The translations under genes and the position numbers were made by a program. The notes under the pieces are model-generated. The model ran no database searches. It was not told the DNA's origin and worked only from the letters and a program-made list of their open reading frames with translations. Shown here piece by piece: positions 35,875 to 44,926 of a DNA stretch of 48,290 nucleotides. The DNA comes from an uncultured bacterium (GTDB lineage: Bacteria > DYJV01 > JALVYZ01), in the NCBI GenBank assembly GCA_964593895.1, contig CAZQKL010000002.1, positions 1 to 48,290 on the forward strand, read 5' to 3'. How positions within the stretch are numbered: position 1 is the stretch's first letter; the number at the start of each line of letters is the position of its first letter.

Positions 35875-37624
35875 AATCTCCCACTATCTCCTTAATATTT
35901 TCCAGTTCTTTTTTTATTTCCTCAATCTTTTTTTCAACATCTATTGTGACATTTAATATATTTTTTATATCAGCTTCATTCAGTCTGTTTATCTCTTCTG
36001 GAAATTTTACATCTTTTTTTAAATTATCAATAAATTCTTCACAACTATTTATAAATTTCTGAATATCCTTAAATAAAGAATAAACATTTTCTTCATATTC
36101 ATTAAGTTCAGTTAAAATTTTATCAAGTCTATTTGAATATTCAACTCCCTGTTTTACAATATTGTAATTATTTTCAATTAATTTTCTTATATTTTCTACA
36201 AAATCGTTTATAGTTTGAGCAAGCTTTTTAATTTCATCAGCTACTACTGAAAATCCTGAACCACTTTCCCCACTTTTTATTGATTCAATAGCTGCATTCA
36301 CACTTAAAAGATTTATTTGAGATGAAATATCTGTAATAAAATCTAAAAAATTTTTAATTTCCTGCGAATTTCTATTAATTTCTTTAAATGTTACATTAGA
36401 AATTTTTGAAATTTCAAATCCCTCTTCTGAAAGATTTTTTAATTTTTCAATTAAATTTAAATTTTCCTGAAATTCTCTTTTTAAAATTTCTATAGAATTT
36501 TTTTGATTATCAAGTTGTGAGTTAATTAAATTACAAGAATTTGATAGCTTACTTGAATTTGATTTAATACTTTCAATATTTGAATAAAGTTTATTAAAAT
36601 CATTTTTAATATTTGAAAACTTTTCACTTCCATTTTTGGTTTTATCATAAATACTTAAAAAATTCTTTCTCAATCTATCAAAAAAACTATTTAATTTTTC
36701 AACAATATTGTAAATTTCATCTTTTGAAAAATATTTAATCTCTTTTAATTTAAATTTCCCAGCTTCAATTTCAGAAATCATATTGTCTAAAAATTTTATT
36801 GGATTAATAATAACATTTGAGAGTAGAATTGAAATAATCAAACAGAAAATAAAAGTTCCTATGAGGATAAACAAAAATAGAAAATTATTTTCCTTTTTAA
36901 ATTTAACAAAAAAAGATATATCATAAAAAATTGTTAATTTAACAGGGTCTCCTATCAAAGTATTTCCAATAATAATTGGAATTTTTTTAAAATATTTATT
37001 TTTTTCAATTTTTGAGGAAATTGAATTTTTATTTGTTGAAATTTTCACAGGTAAATCTAAAGCATAGTATAATGCATTTATATAATTTCTGTCTAAAACT
37101 CTGATTAATGCAATGTAACTGTAAATTTTTTTTGCAAATTCAGTTCCTATGTATAAAGGAACTGTAACTATGAAGTAAATTTTATTATTATAATCAAGAT
37201 AAAAATACTCTGGCTTTTTCTTAAAAATAGATGTTGGCAAATTTATAAAATTATTTTCTGTTGTTAAAATAAGTTTTTTTTCTGAGGAGTAGATTTGGAG
37301 TAATGTGGAATTTAAATTTCTTTTAAAATTTAACAATTTCTTTTTTGCAACTTCAGGTTCTTGATAAACAAGATATGTGTTTACAATATTTAAGATTAAT
37401 TTGTTTGTTGAGAGTTGTTCTGCTAATGATAAAAATTGAGAATAACTTTTTCTAAAATAGTATTGTGCATACTTTTTTTTCTGAATTATCTCTTTATTAA
37501 ACTTTTCACTAACATTTATTTGAGTTGAATGTACCACAAAATAAACGATGAATACTGTTGGAAGATACAAGAAAATTAAAAGTAGAAAAAAAATTCTTTT
37601 ACGGATAGTTAAGTTTAATCTCAT
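35849..37624 (-). CDS. Methyl-accepting chemotaxis protein (two TM segments, periplasmic sensor domain, HAMP, short signalling domain)
   Basis: Highly conserved MCP hairpin-tip motif LLSVNAAIESIKSGESGSGFSVVADEIKKLAQ, TM segments around residues 12-32 and 250-275, and a HAMP-like segment after TM2. Confidence 0.85.
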   Translation of the reverse strand: MRLNLTIRKRIFFLLLIFLYLPTVFIVYFVVHSTQINVSEKFNKEIIQKKKYAQYYFRKSYSQFLSLAEQLSTNKLILNIVNTYLVYQEPEVAKKKLLNFKRNLNSTLLQIYSSEKKLILTTENNFINLPTSIFKKKPEYFYLDYNNKIYFIVTVPLYIGTEFAKKIYSYIALIRVLDRNYINALYYALDLPVKISTNKNSISSKIEKNKYFKKIPIIIGNTLIGDPVKLTIFYDISFFVKFKKENNFLFLFILIGTFIFCLIISILLSNVIINPIKFLDNMISEIEAGKFKLKEIKYFSKDEIYNIVEKLNSFFDRLRKNFLSIYDKTKNGSEKFSNIKNDFNKLYSNIESIKSNSSKLSNSCNLINSQLDNQKNSIEILKREFQENLNLIEKLKNLSEEGFEISKISNVTFKEINRNSQEIKNFLDFITDISSQINLLSVNAAIESIKSGESGSGFSVVADEIKKLAQTINDFVENIRKLIENNYNIVKQGVEYSNRLDKILTELNEYEENVYSLFKDIQKFINSCEEFIDNLKKDVKFPEEINRLNEADIKNILNVTIDVEKKIEEIKKELENIKEIVGDYVEKKTDI

Positions 37625-37633
37625 ATTGAAAGA

Positions 37634-37703
37634 AAAGTAAAATATTTTTTTTAATTTTTCAAGAAAAAAATATCTTGAATTAACAAACTCTACTTGTTAT
37701 ATA
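37634..37703. promoter_or_regulatory. Divergent promoter pair (MCP operon / lysA operon) with back-to-back -35 hexamers
   Basis: Plus strand: TTGAAT (37675-37680), 17 nt, TATATA (37698-37703), 6 nt before ATG 37710. Minus strand: TTGAAA (37657-37662), 17 nt, weak TACTTT (37634-37639), 9 nt before ATG 37624. The -35 boxes lie in the 7-bp inverted repeat TTCAAGA/TCTTGAA (37658-37679). Confidence 0.5.
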
Positions 37704-37709
37704 ATCTGT

Positions 37710-38966
37710 ATGGACGAGTTCAAATATGTAAATGAAAAGTTATTCTGTGAAAATGTAAATATTGAAGATATTGTGAAAAAAGTTGGGACCCCATGTTATA
37801 TTTACAGCTTTGAAACCTTAAAAAGGCATTTTACTGTTTTTGATAATTCTTTTAAAAAAATTACTCATCTCACATGCTATTCTGTTAAAGCAAACTCAAA
37901 TCTGTCAATATTAAATATTTTTAAAAATCTTGGAAGTGGATTTGATATTGTTTCAGGAGGAGAACTCTACAGAACTTTAAAAATTGGTGCAGACCCAAAA
38001 AAAATTGTATATTCAGGAGTTGGGAAAACTCCTGAAGAAATTGAATATGGTTTATCAAAAGGAATCTTAATGTTTAATGTGGAAAGCTTTGATGAGCTTT
38101 TTACAATAAATGAAATCGGGAAAAAACTTAATAAAAAAGCACCTGTTTCTTTAAGGGTTAATCCAGATGTTGACCCTAAAACCCATGCATACATATCAAC
38201 AGGATTAAAAGAAAATAAATTTGGAATTGATATAAAAGAAGCAATCTCATGGTATAAGGAAGCAAAAAATTTGAAATATATAGAAATTGTTGGGGTTGAC
38301 TGTCATATTGGCTCACAGTTAACTCAGATATCACCATTTATTGATGCAATAAAAAGGGTAAAAAAATTAATAAATTCTTTAAATGAGCTTAATATCAAAT
38401 TAAAATATTTTGACATTGGCGGAGGACTTGGTGTTAGATACAAAAATGAAGTTCCTCCAACTCCAGAAGAGTATGCTGAAAAGATAATTAATGAAGTTAA
38501 AGATTTAAATTTAATAATGATTTTTGAACCTGGAAGAGTTATTGTAGCAAATGCAGGAATTCTTGTTACAAAGATTTTATATTTTAAGGAAAATTCTGAT
38601 GGGAAAAATTTTGTAATAATTGATGCAGGAATGAATGACCTTATTAGACCTTCTCTTTACAAAGCTTATCAAGAAATTATTCCAGTTGATAAAAATAACG
38701 TAAAAAAGATAAAAGCAGATGTTGTTGGACCAATTTGCGAATCAGGGGATTATCTTGCAAAAGATAGAGAAATATATGTTGGTCAAAAAGGTTCATACTT
38801 GGCAGTAAGAAGTGCTGGAGCATATGGATTTTCAATGAGTTCAAACTATAATTCAAGGCCAAGACCTGCTGAAGTGCTTGTAAAAGGAAGCAAATTTTAC
38901 ATAATAAGAGAAAGAGAATCTTATGAAGATTTAATTAGAAAAGAAAGAATAATAGAGGTTTTTTGA
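37710..38966 (+). CDS. lysA: Diaminopimelate decarboxylase
   Basis: PLP-Lys motif CYSVKAN, GGGLGV, CESGD, and a full-length LysA-like pattern. 418 aa. Confidence 0.93.
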   Translation: MDEFKYVNEKLFCENVNIEDIVKKVGTPCYIYSFETLKRHFTVFDNSFKKITHLTCYSVKANSNLSILNIFKNLGSGFDIVSGGELYRTLKIGADPKKIVYSGVGKTPEEIEYGLSKGILMFNVESFDELFTINEIGKKLNKKAPVSLRVNPDVDPKTHAYISTGLKENKFGIDIKEAISWYKEAKNLKYIEIVGVDCHIGSQLTQISPFIDAIKRVKKLINSLNELNIKLKYFDIGGGLGVRYKNEVPPTPEEYAEKIINEVKDLNLIMIFEPGRVIVANAGILVTKILYFKENSDGKNFVIIDAGMNDLIRPSLYKAYQEIIPVDKNNVKKIKADVVGPICESGDYLAKDREIYVGQKGSYLAVRSAGAYGFSMSSNYNSRPRPAEVLVKGSKFYIIRERESYEDLIRKERIIEVF

Positions 38967-39799
38967 TGAATATTGAAAAAATAAAAATTACAAAAATGAA
39001 TGGAAGTGGCAATGATTTTATAATAATTAATAACATGGACAAAAGCATTTCAGCAGAAGAATTTAGAAAATATGTTCCTTTAATCTGCAGAAGGAAATTA
39101 TCTGTTGGAGCAGATGGAGTGATAATAATAGAGCCATCAACTAAATGTGATTTTAAATGGCGATTTTTTAATTCAGATGGCTCAGAAGCTGAAATGTGTG
39201 GAAATGGTTCAAGATGTGCTGCGAAATTTGCATATTTAGAAGGGATTTCTGGTAGAAAATTAAAATTTGAAACTCTTGCAGGGATTATTGAAGCAGAAGT
39301 TAAAGATGAAACTGTAAAAGTTTTAATAACAAAACCTTACGATATAAAACTTGATTATGAAATTGTTATTGAAGATAGAAAATATTTTATTTCAAGCATA
39401 AATACTGGAGTGCCACATGTGGTAAAATTTGTTAAAGAGCTTGAAAATTATGATGTAAAAAAGATGGGAAAACTAATAAGAAATCATCAAATTTTCCAGC
39501 CAAATGGCACAAATGTAAATTTTGTTACATGTGAAGGGAAAAATACTTTAAAAATAAGAACCTATGAAAGAGGAGTTGAAGATGAGACTTTAAGCTGTGG
39601 AACAGGCTCTGTTGCATCAGCACTGATTTCATATTTAAAAGGATTTGTAAATAAACCAGTTTATGTAAAAAATATGGGTGGAGAAACATTAATTATTGAT
39701 TTTATTGAAGAAAATGGCGAATTTAAAAAAGTTTATCTTGAAGGTGATGCAAGATTAGTTTTTAAGGGAAACCTATGTTATGACTCAATTAAACCCTAA
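38963..39799 (+). CDS. dapF: Diaminopimelate epimerase
   Basis: KMNGSGNDFIII, catalytic Cys motifs NSDGSEAEMCGNG and SCGTGS. 278 aa. Confidence 0.93.
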   Translation: MMNIEKIKITKMNGSGNDFIIINNMDKSISAEEFRKYVPLICRRKLSVGADGVIIIEPSTKCDFKWRFFNSDGSEAEMCGNGSRCAAKFAYLEGISGRKLKFETLAGIIEAEVKDETVKVLITKPYDIKLDYEIVIEDRKYFISSINTGVPHVVKFVKELENYDVKKMGKLIRNHQIFQPNGTNVNFVTCEGKNTLKIRTYERGVEDETLSCGTGSVASALISYLKGFVNKPVYVKNMGGETLIIDFIEENGEFKKVYLEGDARLVFKGNLCYDSIKP

Positions 39800-41057
39800 T
39801 TTTAATGAAAAAATACGAGACTTAGAACTTCTTCAGCGTCTTAGTGATTTATTAACAATTACTGACTTACCAATAGAGGAAAAATTACAGAAAGTTGTTG
39901 ATATTATTGCTGATGCAATTGGAGTAAAAAAATGTTCTCTTGTTTTGTATGATGAAAAAGATAAGAAATTTAAAATAGTTGCTGCTAAAGGCATAAACCT
40001 TCCAAAAGAAAAATTAAAAGAGATAGACCCATTAAAACAGAGTAAAATAATAAGTCTTGTAGTTGAAACCAAAAAACCAATTATTGTTAAATCTTATGAA
40101 GATATGGTAAAATTGGGGTTAAAACCCAAAAAAAAATATGAAGTTCAATCATTTATCTCCACTCCATTAATTGTTTCTAACAATAAATTTTTAGGAGTAA
40201 TTAATTTAACTGACCCTGTAAATGGAAAACCATTTACAATAGAAGATGAAAAAACAATTTATATTCTTAGTAATCATCTTGCAGTAACAGTTGAAAATAC
40301 AAAATTAAGTGAAGAAGTAATAAAAAATAAGATAATAAAAGAACAGCTAAAACTTGCTGAAAAAATTCAGAAAAGTTTATTACCAAAGAATTTTCCTGAG
40401 ACAAAAGATGTTGAATTTTATGGAGTCTCAAAGCCCACTTTCAGAATTGGTGGAGATTATTTTGATGTTATTAGATTAAATGAAAATGAAATAGCATTTA
40501 TTTTAGCTGATGTGTCAGGAAAAGGAGTTCCTGCATCATTGATTATGACTTCATTTAGAAGTTATTTTCATGCAATTTTAAAAAGATATAAAAGGCCTGA
40601 AACTGTTTTAACAAAACTTAATAATTTAATGCTCAATGACCTTGAGGAAAACTCAATGTTTATCACATGTTTTTATGGAATTTATAACATAAAAAAGAAA
40701 GAACTAATCTATGGAAGTGCAGGTCATGAACCTGCTTTAATATATAAAGCAAATAGCAAAAAATTTAAATTTCTTGATACAATTGATACAATTTTGGGAG
40801 CTTTTAAAGACTATAAATTTTCATCACGAAGAAAAAAATTTCATAAAAATGATATTTTAATTGTATATTCTGATGGAGTTACTGATTTACATAAAGAAAT
40901 AAATGGAATTCAATTATTAAAAGAAAATGTAAAAAAATTCGCTGATAAATCAATAAAACAAATAATTAAAAATTTTATAAAAAGAATTGAGAAAATAATC
41001 ACAGAGCATGAACAATTTGATGATATAACAATTTTAGGAAAAAAAATAAAGAGGTGA
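39780..41057 (+). CDS. GAF-domain-containing PP2C-type (SpoIIE/RsbU-family) serine phosphatase
   Basis: N-terminal GAF-like domain of about 170 aa, then SpoIIE-family motifs (AEKIQKSLLP, GGDYFDV, LADVSGKGVPASL, GHEP, YSDGVTD, DDITIL). Confidence 0.8.
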   Translation: MTQLNPNFNEKIRDLELLQRLSDLLTITDLPIEEKLQKVVDIIADAIGVKKCSLVLYDEKDKKFKIVAAKGINLPKEKLKEIDPLKQSKIISLVVETKKPIIVKSYEDMVKLGLKPKKKYEVQSFISTPLIVSNNKFLGVINLTDPVNGKPFTIEDEKTIYILSNHLAVTVENTKLSEEVIKNKIIKEQLKLAEKIQKSLLPKNFPETKDVEFYGVSKPTFRIGGDYFDVIRLNENEIAFILADVSGKGVPASLIMTSFRSYFHAILKRYKRPETVLTKLNNLMLNDLEENSMFITCFYGIYNIKKKELIYGSAGHEPALIYKANSKKFKFLDTIDTILGAFKDYKFSSRRKKFHKNDILIVYSDGVTDLHKEINGIQLLKENVKKFADKSIKQIIKNFIKRIEKIITEHEQFDDITILGKKIKR

Positions 41058-41061
41058 TGCT

Positions 41062-41937
41062 ATGTTTAAAGGACCAATGACAGCAATAGTAACACCATTT
41101 AAAAACAACAAAATTGATGAAGAAGCTTTAAGAGAGCTTGTAAATTTTCAAATTGAAAATGGCATAATGGGAATTATTCCCTGCGGAACAACAGGAGAAA
41201 GTGCAACTTTATCTTATGAAGAGCATAAGAGAGTGATAAAAATTGTTATAGAAGAAGTTAATAAAAGAGTGCCAGTAATTGCTGGAACAGGTTCAAATAA
41301 TACTACTGAAGCAATTGAACTTACTCAATCTGCAAAAGAAATTGGAGCAGATGCAGCTCTATTAATAACCCCATACTATAACAAACCAACTCAAGAAGGG
41401 TTGTATGAACATTATAAAAAGATTGCAGAAACTGTAAATCTTCCACTTATTATGTATAATGTTCCTGGAAGAACCGCTGTTAATATGCTACCAGAAACAG
41501 TTGCAAAATTAGCTAAGATACCAAATATCATGGGAATAAAAGATGCTACTGGAAGTTTGAATACTTTAAGTGAAATGATAATGTTAACAGAAGGTGAAGA
41601 ATTCTATTTTCTTTCTGGTGATGATTTTATATACTATCCATTTTTATGTGTTGGTGGACATGGAGTAATTTCAGTTGTGGCAAATATTGCACCAAAACTT
41701 ATGAGAGAAGTTTATGAAGCTGTTAAAAATAATGATTTGGAAAAAGGGAAAAAATTACATCAAAAAGTTTATAAGCTTGCAAAAGCAATGTTTTTACAAA
41801 CAAATCCAATACCAGTTAAAAAAGCTCTATACTTAATGGGCAAAATAGAAGATGAAATAAGACTTCCTCTTGTAAGCATGAGTGGAGAACCTTTAAATAA
41901 ATTAAAAGAAATTTTAACATCAGAAGGGATAATTTAG
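41062..41937 (+). CDS. dapA: 4-hydroxy-tetrahydrodipicolinate synthase
   Basis: TAIVTPF...GTTGESATLS...YNVPGRT, with the Schiff-base Lys region GIKDATG. 291 aa. Confidence 0.95.
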   Translation: MFKGPMTAIVTPFKNNKIDEEALRELVNFQIENGIMGIIPCGTTGESATLSYEEHKRVIKIVIEEVNKRVPVIAGTGSNNTTEAIELTQSAKEIGADAALLITPYYNKPTQEGLYEHYKKIAETVNLPLIMYNVPGRTAVNMLPETVAKLAKIPNIMGIKDATGSLNTLSEMIMLTEGEEFYFLSGDDFIYYPFLCVGGHGVISVVANIAPKLMREVYEAVKNNDLEKGKKLHQKVYKLAKAMFLQTNPIPVKKALYLMGKIEDEIRLPLVSMSGEPLNKLKEILTSEGII

Positions 41938-41946
41938 GAGGCAAAT

Positions 41947-42744
41947 ATGATAAAGGTAATTGTTAATGGTGCAGCAGGAAGAATGGGTTCAACAAATGTG
42001 AGATTAATTATTGAAGATAATGAACTTGAACTTGTTGGGGCTGTTGAAAGAGAAGGATTTCCAGAAATGGATGCAGGGATTTGCGCAAATAAAGGTGAAA
42101 TTGGAGTTAAAATTGTTGATGATATAAATAAATTAAAAGGAATTGATGCTGATGTATTAGTTGATTTTACAACTCCAACTGCTACAATGAAAGCTGTAGA
42201 ATTTGCAGAAAAAAACAGATTAGCAATGGTAATTGGAACAACAGGCCTTAGTGAAGAAAATTTAAACAGAATAAAACAGGCAAGCAAAAATATTCCAATA
42301 GTCCAGTCACCTAACATGAGTGTTGGTGTAAATATTCTTTTTAAAATTTCAGAGATTGTTGCAAAAATAATTGGTAAAGATTATGATATTGAAATATTAG
42401 AAGCTCATCACAGATTTAAAAAAGATGCTCCAAGTGGGACAGCTGTCAAACTTGGAGAAATTGTCGCAAATGCAACAGGAAGAGATTATAAAAAAAGTGC
42501 AAAATTTGGAAGAAATGGAATAATTGGTGAAAGGACAAAAGATGAAATCGGAATGCAGGTAATTAGAGCTGGAGATATTGTTGGTGAGCATACTGTTATT
42601 TTTGGTGGAATTGGTGAAAGAATTGAACTTACCCATAGAGCCCATTCAAGAGAAAATTTTGCTCAAGGTGCAATGAGAGCTGTAAAATGGGTTGTAAATA
42701 AAAAACCTGGACTTTATTCTATGTTTGATGTCCTGGGACTATAA
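41947..42744 (+). CDS. dapB: 4-hydroxy-tetrahydrodipicolinate reductase
   Basis: N-terminal GAAGRMG dinucleotide fold, EAHHRFKKDAPSGTA signature. GGAGG Shine-Dalgarno upstream. Confidence 0.95.
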   Translation: MIKVIVNGAAGRMGSTNVRLIIEDNELELVGAVEREGFPEMDAGICANKGEIGVKIVDDINKLKGIDADVLVDFTTPTATMKAVEFAEKNRLAMVIGTTGLSEENLNRIKQASKNIPIVQSPNMSVGVNILFKISEIVAKIIGKDYDIEILEAHHRFKKDAPSGTAVKLGEIVANATGRDYKKSAKFGRNGIIGERTKDEIGMQVIRAGDIVGEHTVIFGGIGERIELTHRAHSRENFAQGAMRAVKWVVNKKPGLYSMFDVLGL

Positions 42745-42761
42745 AAGAAAGGTGGAGAAAA

Positions 42762-43514
42762 ATGAAAATTGTGCATTTTAATTACAAAAACTTGGAAAAT
42801 TTATACGGTTATTACGACATTGATAAAAATGGAATATGGCTTATAACTCAAGGTAAATTGTCAAAGGAGTTAATTCCCTTTAATGAAGTAAAAATCTTAC
42901 CTGTAAGCATTCCAACAAAAATAATTGCAGTTGGATTAAATTATAAAGACCATGCAGATGAAATGGATGTTAAGGTTCCTGAAGAACCAATTATTTTTAT
43001 GAAACCATCAACAAGCGTAATAGGTCATAAAGAGAAAATAATTCTTCCTAAAATATCAAAAAGAGTTGATTATGAAGGAGAACTTGCTGTGGTTATTGGT
43101 AAAAAATGTAAAAATATTGAACCTGAGGAAGTTGAAGATTATATTTTAGGTTATACCTGTTTTAACGATGTTACCGCAAGAGATTTACAAGCAAAAGATG
43201 TTCAATATACAAGGGCCAAAAGCTTTGACACATTTGCTCCTCTTGGACCTTGGATTGAAAATGAGGTAGACCCAACAAATCTTGAAATAAAAACATACTT
43301 AAATGACAGAGTAGTTCAACATTCAAATACAAAAAACATGGTCTTTGATGCGTTTTTTCTTGTATCTTACATTTCCAGAATTATGACTTTACTTCCTGGA
43401 GATATTATAGCAACAGGCACACCAAGTGGAGTTGGACCAATGCAAAATGGAGATGTTGTAAAAGTTGAAATAGAAGGAATTGGGACACTTGAAAATTATG
43501 CTGTTAGTGAATGA
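42762..43514 (+). CDS. Fumarylacetoacetate hydrolase (FAH) family protein
   Basis: Typical FAH-fold C-terminal domain pattern (KIIAVGLNYKDHA, DYEGELAVVIGK, NDVTARD, LLPGDIIATGTPSGVG). Confidence 0.85.
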   Translation: MKIVHFNYKNLENLYGYYDIDKNGIWLITQGKLSKELIPFNEVKILPVSIPTKIIAVGLNYKDHADEMDVKVPEEPIIFMKPSTSVIGHKEKIILPKISKRVDYEGELAVVIGKKCKNIEPEEVEDYILGYTCFNDVTARDLQAKDVQYTRAKSFDTFAPLGPWIENEVDPTNLEIKTYLNDRVVQHSNTKNMVFDAFFLVSYISRIMTLLPGDIIATGTPSGVGPMQNGDVVKVEIEGIGTLENYAVSE

Positions 43515-44926
43515 TAAATGTTTTATTAATTGGAAACACACAGTTAAAAGAATATTTTTCTAATGAATTTAATGTATTTACAATAAATGACGATTTTTTT
43601 TATCTCAAAGATTTTTGTAAAAAAAATAGAATTGATGCTATAGTTCAGGTTGAAAATTTATCAAAAAGAGAATTTTTTGCTGATATATCTCAGATACCCT
43701 GCCTAAAAATTTTCTGGGCAATTGATATTCATTTAAATTTTTATTGGCAAAAAGATTATTTTCAAAATTTTGATATAATTTTAACAAGTCAATTAAATTT
43801 TGTAAAAAAAATAAATAAAAAAGCAATCTGGCTTCCCTGGGGAATAGAAGATAAATTTATAAGTGAAAAATTTATTCCATTAAAAGAAAGAAAATTTAAA
43901 ATTTCTTTTGTTGGTTTAATTGATGAAAATAGAATAAAAAGGAAAAATATTATTGAAATATTAAAAAGAGAATTTGACATCTATATTGCTGGGGATACTT
44001 TAAAAAATAGATTACCTATTGAAAAAGTTCTTGAAATTTATAAAAATTCTTGGATTGTAATCAATGAATCAATAAATAGAGACATTAATTTCAGATATTT
44101 TGAAGCAACCTCTCAGGGAGCACTCCTTTACACTGAAAAAATATCAAATGGAGAAAATATCCTATTTTTAGAAAATTACGAATTTATATTGTATTCTCAA
44201 AAGGATTTAATTAAAAAATTAAAAGAACTTATAAATTTTCCAGAAAAAATTGAAAAAATTGCATATAGAGGTTACATAAAAACTTTAAATTTTCATAAGC
44301 TTTCTGATAGAGTAAAAGCTATTGAAAATATTATTAAAAAAAATTTAAAAAATTTTAAGGTTTACAAAAGTAATGTAAGTTTACCAATATTAAAAACAAC
44401 TTTGCGAGGAATTTGTGACAAAAAGTATATAAAAAGATTTTTTGAAATAAATGATGATGAAAAATTAAATTTATTACTTTTAAAAACAACTAATCCTCAA
44501 AAATTTCTAAATTCAGCAATTAAATTAACTAATGAACCATTAATAGAAATTAACTTAATTCCGCTTCTATTTGAAAATAGCTCAGAAAATCCAGAAGAAA
44601 TAATAAAAAAAATTTTAAAAATTTATAAAAAAAATTCCAGATTACTTCCAGATTATTTTGTTGGATATGAAAATATAGCAAATCAAAAAATTTTTTTTAC
44701 AAATTTTGAATTTTTATTTTACTTTTACAATAAATTTAAATCTATTTCGCAAAAGAATAAAAATTTAAACCTTGTGCTTGCCAAAATTTTAATGGAAAAT
44801 GAAAATTATGCATCTGCTCTACATTTTGTTTTAAATTTACACAGAGAATATCCACAGTATAAATATTTTTTAAAACTTCTTGAAGAGTGTCTTTATAAGA
44901 TTTATGCACTTGATTTTTTAAGATAA
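43511..44926 (+). CDS. Hypothetical protein with a CgeB-like glycosyltransferase-type domain and a helical C-terminal region
   Basis: The central region (KISFVGLIDENRIKRKNIIE ... NFRYFEATSQGALLYTE) resembles the CgeB/DUF3880-type GT1-like family. The C-terminal 150 aa or so has no recognisable motif. By-eye assignment. Confidence 0.45.
   Translation: MINVLLIGNTQLKEYFSNEFNVFTINDDFFYLKDFCKKNRIDAIVQVENLSKREFFADISQIPCLKIFWAIDIHLNFYWQKDYFQNFDIILTSQLNFVKKINKKAIWLPWGIEDKFISEKFIPLKERKFKISFVGLIDENRIKRKNIIEILKREFDIYIAGDTLKNRLPIEKVLEIYKNSWIVINESINRDINFRYFEATSQGALLYTEKISNGENILFLENYEFILYSQKDLIKKLKELINFPEKIEKIAYRGYIKTLNFHKLSDRVKAIENIIKKNLKNFKVYKSNVSLPILKTTLRGICDKKYIKRFFEINDDEKLNLLLLKTTNPQKFLNSAIKLTNEPLIEINLIPLLFENSSENPEEIIKKILKIYKKNSRLLPDYFVGYENIANQKIFFTNFEFLFYFYNKFKSISQKNKNLNLVLAKILMENENYASALHFVLNLHREYPQYKYFLKLLEECLYKIYALDFLR

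Noticed and set aside
37625-37709. Lysine (L-box) riboswitch upstream of lysA.
   Set aside because: The whole spacer is 85 nt, AT-rich and taken up by two promoters. An L-box needs roughly 170 nt or more of structured leader.
41934-42317. A 127-aa minus-strand ORF antisense to dapB, plus similar antisense ORFs such as 10849-11136, 24592-24876, 29822-30100, 1583-1786, 6870-7106 and 45961-46209.
   Set aside because: All lie wholly inside well-supported genes on the opposite strand. Their low-complexity S/L/F/I/P-rich translations are typical of shadow frames of K/E-rich AT-rich genes. They have no Shine-Dalgarno and no family resemblance.
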